Of a stretch of 58,606 nucleotides of DNA, positions 1 through 8,601 are shown piece after piece (the first letter of the stretch is position 1; the number at the start of each line of letters is the position of its first letter). The notes under the pieces are model-generated. The model saw only the letters and a program-made list of their open reading frames with translations. It searched no databases and was not told where the DNA came from. Source of the stretch: a virus (Duplodnaviria > Caudoviricetes); IMG/VR virus record IMGVR_UViG_3300026528_000001, positions 1-58,606 of that record, one strand, 5' to 3'. The position numbers and the translations under genes are program-made.

Positions 1-127
1 AGACATCCAGTTCTCTGGCATGCTGTGGCGTGGCGGACCCACCGGTACGGTCAGGCGTGAGCCGAATCCCAAGCTTCTGAGCGGCGCCGCACCCATCGAG
101 CATCCCGAGCAAGGTCCAGGCCTTTTC
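1..127. repeat. Terminal direct repeat / circular assembly overlap (left copy)
   Basis: Bases 1-127 are identical to 58480-58606; an ORF reads through the junction in frame. Confidence 0.97.
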
Positions 128-550
128 ATCGGGAGCAAGGTGGATAACAAGTGGAATGCCAAAGAACTCGGCGCCATTGAAGACGCCTTGACGGCGGCCG
201 GGGCACGGTTTAATATTGACCCACAGGCAACATTGCAACAGGTTCTTGCCTTCAAGGAGGAATCTGGGCGCAAGGGCTTGTGGAAAGAGGATCAGAATGG
301 CCAATACTACCTTTCGCAAATTGCCGCCCGTAGTGGACCGGGAGTGGGATCCGGCCTGGCAGGAAGGCTCGTTCGTACATATCGGCCCCTTGTGGAATCC
401 TGGATCCGTGAAGCCTACCGACTATACGCCGGGGGAGCCGCCTCCGGAGCGCCGCAAGCTGCCACGCCCGCCCCGCCTCAAGCCGGACCAGCCGTAACCG
501 GGCCGGCAGCCATACGTCCGCCTCCGCCCTTGCCAAAGGACATACCGTGA
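2..550 (+). CDS. C-terminal part of the ~816-aa ejection-region protein that starts at 56579
   Basis: ATG at 20 corresponds to 58499, 640 codons after GTG 56579; no stop found on manual translation. Confidence 0.9.
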   Translation, partial: DIQFSGMLWRGGPTGTVRREPNPKLLSGAAPIEHPEQGPGLFIGSKVDNKWNAKELGAIEDALTAAGARFNIDPQATLQQVLAFKEESGRKGLWKEDQNGQYYLSQIAARSGPGVGSGLAGRLVRTYRPLVESWIREAYRLYAGGAASGAPQAATPAPPQAGPAVTGPAAIRPPPPLPKDIP

Positions 551-948
551 GCCGGTCACTCTCTGACTTGTCGGAGAAATTCCGCCCCTTGGCCGTTGAG
601 CTCATCGCACGCGCCACTGAGGCGGGCATCTGCGTTAAGGTGATTGACACACTGCGCACCGAGGCGGAACAGAAGGAAAACCTTAGACGTGGGGTCAGTT
701 GGACAATGCACTCCAAGCACTTGCCCGATGACGACGGGAAGGCGAATGCCATTGACCTTGCCCCGGTGGAATGCCTGTCGCTGAAGGCTTGGGCTCCGTC
801 GCATCCAGACTGGGAGCGGCTTGGTGAAATCGGTGAGTCTTTAGGCCTCACATGGGGAGGCCGCTGGCGGATCCGAGACTGCTGCCATTTCGAGTTAGGA
901 GAGACCGTACCAGTCGTGGCAGAGTCCCGGATCCATACTGCTACTTAG
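547..948 (+). CDS. Endolysin, peptidase M15 (L-Ala-D-Glu peptidase type)
   Basis: Motifs RTEAEQ, SKH, AID, WGGRW and DCCHFE; located at the end of the late arm. Confidence 0.9.
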   Translation: MSRSLSDLSEKFRPLAVELIARATEAGICVKVIDTLRTEAEQKENLRRGVSWTMHSKHLPDDDGKANAIDLAPVECLSLKAWAPSHPDWERLGEIGESLGLTWGGRWRIRDCCHFELGETVPVVAESRIHTAT

Positions 949-1141
949 GATCAGCGACAGTTCCGGCCTTGTCGGCGTCCTTGGCCAGAAGCGCGACAAT
1001 CATGAGGCCAAGCCCGGACACGAATTGCTTGGTGTCGAGCTGCCCGGTGTTGAGCCAGCCATAGAGTGCCTGACCGGCAAATCCGCCTCCAAAGAGGCTC
1101 CCTGCGATAGTGGTCTTGAAACTGCGTAGAAAGTTCTTCAC
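941..1141 (-). CDS. Putative holin / small two-TM membrane protein
   Basis: GTG at 1141 after GGAG; KTTIAG followed by two hydrophobic segments and a charged C-terminus; abuts the endolysin. Confidence 0.55.
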   Translation of the reverse strand: MKNFLRSFKTTIAGSLFGGGFAGQALYGWLNTGQLDTKQFVSGLGLMIVALLAKDADKAGTVADPK

Positions 1142-1490
1142 GTTTTTCTCCCGAGGTTGAATTTGGTTCCCTCGAACAGACGACCGCAGAATGACCCTGA
1201 CTTCGTACCGGCGGTGCGCGGCCCTGTCTGCCGGGCGCATTAGATTTGTCACGGAAATAGTTGTCCTGTTCGAGGGGATTACAGAGGACTCTATCGGAAG
1301 GAGTCGAGCTGCGGATTATGGGACTTTAGTGCCACACAAAGGAACTGCGCCCCTTTGTGTCCTTAAGCTGCCCTTCTTCTCTCGCTCGTCTCGTGCCACT
1401 CCCGGTGCGCTTGGGTCATTGCGTGCCACACGCTGAGGCCACCCGCCACCAGATCGTCCCGGCGCCTGTGGTAGCCGATGACATCCAGTT

Positions 1491-1829
1491 TCACGGGTTC
1501 GCGCCGCTCTCTGGTTCTGGGTCCACGAAAATGATTGTGTTGCAGAGGCGATGTTTGTGCAGGTACACCTCTTTGAACGCCTCGAAGTTCTCGAACACCA
1601 CCAGGGAACTGATCGGGGCGCGCCATCGGAGCACAGTCCTGCCGTCCGGAAACACTACTCCTTCGACGATCCGCCCAGTCCCGGACACGCCGGTCGGGTC
1701 GGCGACTCTGAGGACGTAGAACCTGCGCAGGGGAGACGTGGGTCTAGTGCCCTTGTCGGTGGCGGCATCATGCCTCATGTCCAGCCGTGTGCCAAGCATA
1801 ATAAGCCACATCGGCATGACGCCCGCCAT
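1491..1829 (-). CDS. Conserved-type phage hypothetical protein (DxxGVSGTG motif)
   Basis: DPTGVSGTGRIVEGVVFPDG motif; start codon uncertain. Confidence 0.65.
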   Translation of the reverse strand: MAGVMPMWLIMLGTRLDMRHDAATDKGTRPTSPLRRFYVLRVADPTGVSGTGRIVEGVVFPDGRTVLRWRAPISSLVVFENFEAFKEVYLHKHRLCNTIIFVDPEPESGANP

Positions 1830-1859
1830 ACTTAAGTCTCATAGGGGATAATGCTACTC

Positions 1860-2039
1860 CTAACCGGTGGGAGTGTCACCCACGGCGACCACGGCGTCGC
1901 AGCAAGCGCACCACAGAATCGGTCTTTTGTCAGTAGTAGTGAGGTCTTCCCACAGGGAGAGTTCCCGGCAGAAGGGGCAGCGGTCAGACGGGGTAAGGGG
2001 CAGGCCGTCACCAGTGAGGTAGGTTACTACGGCCGCCAT
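1860..2039 (-). CDS. Small zinc-finger protein (59 aa)
   Basis: Manual translation MAAVVTYL...CPFC...CACC...; below the ORF-track cutoff. Confidence 0.55.
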   Translation of the reverse strand: MAAVVTYLTGDGLPLTPSDRCPFCRELSLWEDLTTTDKRPILWCACCDAVVAVGDTPTG

Positions 2040-2183
2040 TTTCTCACGAGAGCTTCCATCCGTTCCTTGCGTTGCGCTTCGAGTTTCTCATTATCCTTAC
2101 GGTAGGATAACCAGGCGGACCAGACCACAAACCAGATAGTCAAGAATAGCGGTCACGGTGATATTCAGCCAGGACTCGTTCAT
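2027..2183 (-). pseudogene. Small membrane-protein gene with an apparent 1-nt frameshift
   Basis: MNESWLNITVT continues in another frame as LFLTIWFVVWSAWLSYRKDNEKLEAQRKERM; span 157 nt. Confidence 0.4.
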
Positions 2184-2932
2184 GGCTTGCCAGTCACCTG
2201 CGATGGTAGCGCGAAGGTTTGTTTGAAGTACTCATCGTAGGCTGGATCTTCCGATGTGAATCCCCATTCGGCTTTGAAGCGCGCCTTGTTTCTGTCTGCC
2301 TGCTCTCGGATCTTCTCAGCTTCAGCCTCACTCACCTCGGCGAGTGTCCCAGACCCGATGTGGTAGTAGGGTACAGAGAGTGACACCGCCTCGATCCCCA
2401 GTCTGTGCAAGCGGCAGTGATAGCTGTTATCTTCGTAGAATGCAATGAGATAGCCTTCGTCGAATGGTCCGGCCTTCTTCCACACCCAGTCACGAATGAG
2501 GAAGCAGGAGAAGTCTGGGTGGGGTCGCCACGACGCCGGGTTCACACTCTCCATCTGCTGTCTATCCTTGACTCCCACCGCAGTCACGAATCCCCTCCCG
2601 TCAGCCAGTAGGTGGCGGTAAGTGTCTGGCCGCAGTTCCACATCATTATTCACCACTAGGGCATGGGAGCATCTGAACTTACCCAGCACCAGAGAGAGTG
2701 CGCGGTTCCACGCCCCAGCCACGGAGTCGTGTCGGTCCCACAGGATGGTCACGTTTCCATCAGGGTATTTGGCCCTGGCCCATTGGCTGAACCCGTCCGT
2801 GCTCTCGCGGTCCGGAATCATGACTTTGACCGGGATGTCCTGCTCGAGGAAGGAGGCGAGCGCGCGCCGGGTATTGTCAAGGCCGGCACGGTGAAGGCAG
2901 ATGATCCAGTTGTCGGAGGAAAGTTGGCTCAT
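2180..2932 (-). CDS. Glycosyltransferase, GT2/GT-A family
   Basis: DRESTDG, AGAWNRAL, VVNNDVEL, FDEGY..YED and YYH.GSGT motifs. Confidence 0.88.
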   Translation of the reverse strand: MSQLSSDNWIICLHRAGLDNTRRALASFLEQDIPVKVMIPDRESTDGFSQWARAKYPDGNVTILWDRHDSVAGAWNRALSLVLGKFRCSHALVVNNDVELRPDTYRHLLADGRGFVTAVGVKDRQQMESVNPASWRPHPDFSCFLIRDWVWKKAGPFDEGYLIAFYEDNSYHCRLHRLGIEAVSLSVPYYHIGSGTLAEVSEAEAEKIREQADRNKARFKAEWGFTSEDPAYDEYFKQTFALPSQVTGKP

Positions 2933-3516
2933 TACTGGAAGTCTTCACACTGGCAGAAGAAGCACGCGAAACTGAGCCAGTGCTGCCCATGATCTGATAA
3001 TGTGTGACCGCATCTGCATTTTGGATTGAGAGGACCAGACACATATCCTCTTTCTTCCAGTAGTTTATTGGTGACGGCCTTATCCAGTATGATCTTCCCG
3101 CTTTTCGAGACGCCTATTCGCCTCCATCCGGCCTTGAGGAAGCAGCAGCCCGGATTCTGGCTCTTGATGCGGTGCGGGTCCACATAGGTGAAGAACCGTG
3201 TGAATACCGGCTGAAAGCCCCACTTCCTGACAGCAAGTTTCTCTGCCTCAAGGATAATTTTGGAACTCAGCCGGTTCGATTCATTTCGAAACAGCGTGCA
3301 ATGGTAGCCACCTATCAGCCCGTCCCGACGATATTGCTGGTGCATCCAGACGAAGAGGACTGTGCCAGCAGTGTTGCGTAACACTAGTTTTCTTCCGTTT
3401 GGGCAGAACTGTCTGGCTCCTGGCGTTTGGCGGGAATAGTGCCGATCGGCGAGGACCGACATCTCACCGTCAAAGTGAGTGGTTGGAACCAGACCGTCAG
3501 TGAAGGGAAGCATCAT
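2932..3516 (-). CDS. Mom-like / GNAT-fold acetyltransferase with C-terminal Cys/His zinc motif
   Basis: ADRHYSR, CTLFRNE and TYVD...NPGCCFLKAGW resemble Mom-like motifs; C-terminal CRCGH...H...CFFCQC. Confidence 0.55.
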   Translation of the reverse strand: MMLPFTDGLVPTTHFDGEMSVLADRHYSRQTPGARQFCPNGRKLVLRNTAGTVLFVWMHQQYRRDGLIGGYHCTLFRNESNRLSSKIILEAEKLAVRKWGFQPVFTRFFTYVDPHRIKSQNPGCCFLKAGWRRIGVSKSGKIILDKAVTNKLLEERGYVSGPLNPKCRCGHTLSDHGQHWLSFACFFCQCEDFQ

Positions 3517-4298
3517 ACTCTTATGGGCAGTACGTCCCTGAACTCGTCATAGATCAGCCGTGATCCACGCCTGTGAACCTCCAGATCGTCCTGATACCCG
3601 AGCGACAGCAGCAGCGCCTGATACTCAGGTGTGGTCGAGGTCCTACCACCGAGGTGGCGGCAGGGAACTGGAACGGCCATGACCTTCCATCCAAGCCGTC
3701 GCATAAAACAACATGCCGCTAAATCGTAATGGTGGAACACGATGCCGAGGTCGATTATCTTCTGCCAGCCTCCCATCTCTTCATATGCCTCACGCCTGAA
3801 GGCCAAAGCGAATCCATCGAGGACTGCCACTTCTCTGGGCTTGTCGAGGTATTCTCCGTGGGTCTTCCAGTCCTCCTGAGCCGAGGCGTAGTTCTCACGC
3901 GCTAGGTTCAATGGGTTGTATGAGACTTTGTACAGATCCTTGTGCCCCAACCCGGTGGCGCCGCCCCAGCCAACCAGACCCACCTTGGGGTCATCGAATA
4001 CGCTAAGTGTGGCCACATCCCAGAAGCGGTTCTTGTCCTCAGCCAGTTCCACGTCATCGTGTAGAAACATCACTATGGATGATGGCCGGTCAGGGATCTC
4101 TTTCAACCCAGCCAGGAGCATGGGCAGGAGCAGTCTCTCTCCTGGAGGTGCATCTGGTTTCACCAGGACGACATAAGGGAAGACATTCTTTGGTGAGGCG
4201 GCATGGGTGGAGAGACTGTCTATCAGTCGTTCGGCACGTTCCTGATTCCAACTCGGGATAATTATATCGATGCTCACTGTGTATGCTTCTGTAGCCAA
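3513..4298 (-). CDS. Glycosyltransferase, GT2-like
   Basis: IIIPSWN, FLHDDV, VAVLDGFALAFRR, FHHYD and CRHLGG motifs. Confidence 0.85.
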   Translation of the reverse strand: MATEAYTVSIDIIIPSWNQERAERLIDSLSTHAASPKNVFPYVVLVKPDAPPGERLLLPMLLAGLKEIPDRPSSIVMFLHDDVELAEDKNRFWDVATLSVFDDPKVGLVGWGGATGLGHKDLYKVSYNPLNLARENYASAQEDWKTHGEYLDKPREVAVLDGFALAFRREAYEEMGGWQKIIDLGIVFHHYDLAACCFMRRLGWKVMAVPVPCRHLGGRTSTTPEYQALLLSLGYQDDLEVHRRGSRLIYDEFRDVLPIRV

Positions 4299-4546
4299 GT
4301 TTGTGCTTCCAAGGCCAGTTCTATGGTCCCTTTCGTCACCACGACCATGTAGGAGTTGAATTCGTCTGCGCCGATGTGCGGCTTGAGTTTGACGATGGCA
4401 TCCGCCATCTGCCGGAAAAGCTCCGCGGCAGCGAATTCGTGGAGGCTCTTCTTTCCTGACTTTTGGTAACGATTCAGGAATACCTGCACCGCCTTGTCAC
4501 GGTCGGAATTGTGGTCATCCTCAGCCCCACAGTGCTTGCAGGTCAC
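4274..4546 (-). CDS. Hypothetical protein with N-terminal CxxC
   Basis: GTG at 4546 with GGAGG RBS, overlapping the upstream stop. Confidence 0.6.
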   Translation of the reverse strand: MTCKHCGAEDDHNSDRDKAVQVFLNRYQKSGKKSLHEFAAAELFRQMADAIVKLKPHIGADEFNSYMVVVTKGTIELALEAQTWLQKHTQ

Positions 4547-4719
4547 TTCGGGTTCCTCCCGTGAATGTCCTCCTCGAGCAGGGTGAGCCTCCGGTCCAAG
4601 CGCTCCTCCACATTCGAGAGGCGTATTTCTAGCGCGTCTAGTGAGGCACGCAAGGCCATGGCGAAGAGCCACAGGGCAACCACGCCGGTTATGACTGCGG
4701 TGAAGGCCCAGAAGTACAT
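4543..4719 (-). CDS. Small TM plus coiled-coil protein (58 aa)
   Basis: Manual translation MYFWAFTAVITGVVALWLFAMALRASLDALEIRLSNVEERL... Confidence 0.55.
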   Translation of the reverse strand: MYFWAFTAVITGVVALWLFAMALRASLDALEIRLSNVEERLDRRLTLLEEDIHGRNPK

Positions 4720-4721
4720 GG

Positions 4722-4967
4722 TTAGTTTTGTCCTTCGGTCAAGTCGATGACTTGGACGTCTCCGAGCGCCTCACTCACCGCCTTGGCGAACCTTTGCGCG
4801 GCTGCGGCGTTCATACCCGGGTAGGTGATGACGTTCACTTTTCCATTCTTGGCGAGGTAGACTGCGCAGAGTATAACCTTGGCTCCAAGCTTCTCCCGCA
4901 ACGCTTCCATGAGTCGGCCGACATCCTGTTCACCCTTCCGTTTGACGGTCACATTTTCTGATGTCAT
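4722..4967 (-). CDS. Hypothetical protein
   Basis: Tightly packed ORF in the minus-strand operon. Confidence 0.6.
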   Translation of the reverse strand: MTSENVTVKRKGEQDVGRLMEALREKLGAKVILCAVYLAKNGKVNVITYPGMNAAAAQRFAKAVSEALGDVQVIDLTEGQN

Positions 4968-4971
4968 TGGA

Positions 4972-6120
4972 TTATCTCTGGAACCATTTCTTCCACACAC
5001 CTGGCCACAGGGCGGTGTGCCAGTCCAAGTGCGAGACCATCTCGCGGGTTTGATGCTCGCATTCGCATCGGAAGAAGTTCTCTATCCAGTCCACCCAGGT
5101 CGCGGGGTTATAGACTGGTCTGAGGCAGTTGTAGGGCGTTTCCAGGCGCCACGCCACGGGCGCTACCTTCCACTCCTGATTCGGGACCAGTTCCGCCCCG
5201 CCCCCGTAATCTCCGACAATGCAGGGGACGCCGCAGGCCAAAGACTCAACTATGGGGTAACCAAACCCTTCTCCAAGACTAGGCAGCACGGTGAGGTCGC
5301 ACGCGGAATAGGCGTAGGAGAGCTCCTCATCGGTCATGTACTGGGTGACAGTGACCCTGCTGTTGAGTCCCAGGTCCTGTATGAGCGCGGGGATGGACCA
5401 TGCTCTTATGAGTAAATCCGTGTGGCACCAGAAGTGCCACTTTGGATCCCGTTTGGCCAAGACTGAAAAGGTAGTCATGGCCAAGCCCCAGTCTTTTCTC
5501 TCCTGGTTGGTCATGACACAGCCCACCAGTCTCTTATTCTTCCCTATTCCCAGACTCATGCGGCCAGCCACCTTGTCCCGGGGCTGCCATGTTTCCAGTT
5601 TGATTCCGTGGGGTATCCAGTCATCCTCCACCCCCAGTGTCTTTTGGGCAGCGTCTCTCCCGAACTGGGTATAGAAGAGTCTGCGGTCGTAGCCCTGGAG
5701 TACGGCGGTGAGCTCATGAGACAGCCTGCCTCCCGGTCCCAGAGCGTCGATGGGGAAGTAGCCCCATCGTTTGAACTGACCGCTGGTCAGGAATTGTTTG
5801 AGGTTCTCATCGGTCACAAACTCGGGCCTGGCGAACCACAGGAGGCGGGAGGGGTCCCAGATGGTCATGACTATGCCCTTCTCGTCTCCGGCGAAGTCGT
5901 GCCACACCGATTCCAATACTCCCTCCCCCCACTGGGCAGACTCGGGGAACCCGTACTGTTGGAAGGGAAACTGGCGTGACCCCACTCCCCCTCTGCCGAG
6001 ATAGCCCACGCGGTACTCCGGCATCGAGGACACCAAGGTAGCCAGATCCCTGCCGATGCGGGACAGTCCTCCCGGCAATTCGGGGGCATCACTCAGAAAG
6101 AGGATAGGTGTAGGCCTCAC
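4972..6120 (-). CDS. Glycosyltransferase, GT4/GT-B family
   Basis: GTG start at 6120; IPHGI, NQERKD and PSLGEGFGYPIVESLACGVP (E-x7-E signature). Confidence 0.92.
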   Translation of the reverse strand: MRPTPILFLSDAPELPGGLSRIGRDLATLVSSMPEYRVGYLGRGGVGSRQFPFQQYGFPESAQWGEGVLESVWHDFAGDEKGIVMTIWDPSRLLWFARPEFVTDENLKQFLTSGQFKRWGYFPIDALGPGGRLSHELTAVLQGYDRRLFYTQFGRDAAQKTLGVEDDWIPHGIKLETWQPRDKVAGRMSLGIGKNKRLVGCVMTNQERKDWGLAMTTFSVLAKRDPKWHFWCHTDLLIRAWSIPALIQDLGLNSRVTVTQYMTDEELSYAYSACDLTVLPSLGEGFGYPIVESLACGVPCIVGDYGGGAELVPNQEWKVAPVAWRLETPYNCLRPVYNPATWVDWIENFFRCECEHQTREMVSHLDWHTALWPGVWKKWFQR

Positions 6121-6356
6121 TTCCTGTGCTCTGCCTCCAGGGCGGCCTGCATCTTTTTGACCTCGTCGATACGAGCTTGAATCACAGCCTTGTCGATCTT
6201 GATGGTTATGGTTCCTATGCTTCCGACAAGTCCCAATGTGAACAACACAAGAACCAAGCGTTTCTTTAGCGTCAAGCTGTTTTCGGTGGCAATTGTGCCG
6301 ATGGAGAAGGAAAACAGTACGATGAAAAGGATATTCAACCACAGGTCGAAGGTCAT
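6117..6356 (-). CDS. Small two-TM membrane protein
   Basis: Two hydrophobic segments and a charged tail; coupled to neighbouring ORFs. Confidence 0.65.
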   Translation of the reverse strand: MTFDLWLNILFIVLFSFSIGTIATENSLTLKKRLVLVLFTLGLVGSIGTITIKIDKAVIQARIDEVKKMQAALEAEHRK

Positions 6357-6529
6357 TGCGGTTTGTGTTCCGGTTCTACCATGTGTCTGACGAAATCCAT
6401 GAAGTTGAGCAGCACCATTGGCTCGAGGTAAATCGTGTTTGTGATCGAGATACCGTCCTCTGTGGTGAGAATGATGGTACCGACGGGATCCACCTCGGCA
6501 TAAACGCCGTCACCCAGATAGGTTTTCAT
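6353..6529 (-). CDS. Small phage hypothetical protein (YLGDGVY motif, 58 aa)
   Basis: Manual translation MKTYLGDGVYAEVD...IYLEP; ATGA overlaps on both sides. Confidence 0.65.
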   Translation of the reverse strand: MKTYLGDGVYAEVDPVGTIILTTEDGISITNTIYLEPMVLLNFMDFVRHMVEPEHKPQ

Positions 6530-7065
6530 TTCACCCGTCTCACCATGGGTGTGGTATACGGTCTCCCCGGCTCATGCGCCGCCGCGATGGTGTCCGCCGG
6601 CACACCGAGTTCCAACAGCCTCTCCGGGTTCAGCCGCCCCGGCGTTGTCCTGTCAGCGAGCGTGACCAGCCACTCCCCGCTCCTCACACTCTTGACTTGG
6701 GCGACGTCCATCCACGCCCCGATCTGGCCATTGAGCGTCTCGACTAGTTCCTCGAGTGCCTTCTTGTGCTCCACCGCTTCCTGCCGCTGCCTGATAAGCT
6801 CGTCAAACGCGGCCTGGCTCTCCTCACTCTCACTAATCTCTGGCTTCAGTTCCCTCATTTCTCCCCCTTTCCATGTGTGAATTTTCCCATCCGGCACCAC
6901 CAACGGAACCTCACTGTCCTTCAGCACAAGCATGCTCACCAATACTGAGGTCGCGGTCCCATCCACTCGATTGTGCCTCTGGCTCAATGCGCACCCCACG
7001 TGACCCACATACTCAAAGGCAGAATCTTCCACATTCGTAACACCTCGCGCATCAGCAGAGATCAT
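6526..7065 (-). CDS. Hypothetical protein with coiled coil
   Basis: GGAGG RBS; 179-aa ORF in the operon. Confidence 0.7.
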   Translation of the reverse strand: MISADARGVTNVEDSAFEYVGHVGCALSQRHNRVDGTATSVLVSMLVLKDSEVPLVVPDGKIHTWKGGEMRELKPEISESEESQAAFDELIRQRQEAVEHKKALEELVETLNGQIGAWMDVAQVKSVRSGEWLVTLADRTTPGRLNPERLLELGVPADTIAAAHEPGRPYTTPMVRRVK

Positions 7066-7090
7066 TGCTCATCCTCCAGAGTCGTTGGTA

Positions 7091-7173
7091 GAGGCCTCAC
7101 CAGGGGTGGAGCCATCCCGACTTCAGCGGAGCGAAGCGGAGCCGAATGAAGCCGGGATGGCGAGGAGGGGAAC
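7091..7173. repeat. Palindromic element copy A (intergenic)
   Basis: GGCCTCACCAGGGGTGGA, then a 15-bp stem with GCGAAGC in the loop, then GAGGAGGGGAAC. Confidence 0.85.
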
Positions 7174-7175
7174 GG

Positions 7176-7412
7176 TTATCCGTCTTCCTCGCTCTTCTCC
7201 CCTACCAAGCCGAGTGCGTCATCGAGATTGGAGTACTTCCGGGCAAACTCCATCAGGCAATTCACACTGTCCATCTTCCACTCCACCAGCCTCCCGCCCC
7301 TGGTAATCATCGTCAGCAGGTAATACCCCTTCCCAAGCGGCTTGATGCAAACCTCACACTCATTGGGTGTGACCTTGTGCGCCCGGTTCTGGTTACGGGT
7401 CTTGGTGGGCAT
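7176..7412 (-). CDS. Small zinc-binding-like hypothetical protein
   Basis: CEVC and DSVNC motifs. Confidence 0.6.
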   Translation of the reverse strand: MPTKTRNQNRAHKVTPNECEVCIKPLGKGYYLLTMITRGGRLVEWKMDSVNCLMEFARKYSNLDDALGLVGEKSEEDG

Positions 7413-8136
7413 TGGGGTTAGTGCCGTTCAACTCTGCCACAATGCGTTGGCTGAGGATCTTCCCTATGCCGGCCACCTCTTTCCACTGGTCTTCCCCGGC
7501 GAGGACCATCTCACGCACAGACCCGTGGAAGTGTCTGGCCACGGCGCCGGCCCGGTCATAGCCCACCCCAGAGAGTTCCTTGGCCACACGGACGGCAAGG
7601 GACGGTTTGATGAGTGTGGGACGGTCGGACCTGTCAAATGCGAGGTGTGAGCGGTGGTCCTCCCACTCCTTGTCTGTCCACCAGCGGTACAAATTTAAGA
7701 CACACGCGGCCGTCTCTCTCTCGCTCTCGGTGCGCCTAAGCCTGACTCCGGTCATGGTCTCAATTGAGGTGAGCCAGTTGTCGAGCTCGCGGTACATCCA
7801 AACACGGGTCCCAAATACTACCGTCTGCCACCCGCCGCGGGCCAAACGCTCGAGAGTTCCTTCCTTGCCCGGACGCCACGCGCCTTCGACAATGAGGTAG
7901 ACCACGTCGTAGTCTCGCAGGAGCTTGGGAAGCTGGCCTCCAGAGAACCTCCCATTCTGAATGCACTGGAGGACATCGCTGAGTCCCTTGAGTTCGATGC
8001 CTACCATCATGGGTTTGCCTGGACCTTGGCCTATGAAGGCGGCATCGGCGCTCTCCAGACGACAAATTTCAGCACTCCCAGGAGGGAGAAGGCCATACAG
8101 TTCGCGGCTCCCGGTGCGATCGTCGATGAGAATCAC
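7393..8136 (-). CDS. ERCC4/XPF-family structure-specific nuclease with HhH tail (resolvase-like)
   Basis: ILIDDR, GIELKGLSD, QL..L, LIVEG; C-terminal GVG and VAGIGK HhH motifs. Confidence 0.85.
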   Translation of the reverse strand: MILIDDRTGSRELYGLLPPGSAEICRLESADAAFIGQGPGKPMMVGIELKGLSDVLQCIQNGRFSGGQLPKLLRDYDVVYLIVEGAWRPGKEGTLERLARGGWQTVVFGTRVWMYRELDNWLTSIETMTGVRLRRTESERETAACVLNLYRWWTDKEWEDHRSHLAFDRSDRPTLIKPSLAVRVAKELSGVGYDRAGAVARHFHGSVREMVLAGEDQWKEVAGIGKILSQRIVAELNGTNPNAHQDP

Positions 8137-8597
8137 TTCTTTCTTAGGCTCAGGATGTACTTGGTGACTTCGTTGGACACTTCCGAGTTGGCATGTTTAT
8201 CGGGATGCACAAGGGAAAGAATCTTGGTCAGCATATTCTGGTCCAGCGTGCCGTTGGTCTTTTCCTGGGTCATCCGGTGCATCCGGCTCAGCAGTTCAAA
8301 GTTGGCCCGGTTCAGTTGTGCTTCCAGATTGGCCGTCTGAACCCTCAGCCTGTGGAGTTCCGCTTCGGCTTTCTCGGCGCGCTCACGCCATCGTGCCATA
8401 GCGTCTTGAGGAAGAGAAGCAACGGTTCCTGCCATTCCCCGCTGGAGACCTTGGGCCATCAGGTCTTCCAGTGGGATGCCACCAAATATCCGATTCATTT
8501 CGTCGTAGGTCACATCGTGAAAACCTCGTGGGATGCACGCATGGAGTCCCGATGGGTCCGCAGGAACGACTCCGCATCTCGTGCAGGCTGTGGGCAT
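8133..8597 (-). CDS. Coiled-coil protein with C-terminal J-domain-like HPD motif
   Basis: N-terminal CTRC; KILSLVHPDKH. Confidence 0.55.
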   Translation of the reverse strand: MPTACTRCGVVPADPSGLHACIPRGFHDVTYDEMNRIFGGIPLEDLMAQGLQRGMAGTVASLPQDAMARWRERAEKAEAELHRLRVQTANLEAQLNRANFELLSRMHRMTQEKTNGTLDQNMLTKILSLVHPDKHANSEVSNEVTKYILSLRKK

Positions 8598-8601
8598 TGG
8601 C

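Noticed and set aside
1-127. 127-bp terminal repeat as a biological terminal repeat
   Set aside because: It falls mid-gene and equals a common assembler k-mer; best read as circular-assembly overlap
7091-7173. CCTCCTCGC on the element's reverse strand resembles the HDV ribozyme L3 loop
   Set aside because: The flanking P3 and P1 pairings needed for the HDV fold are absent in all four copies
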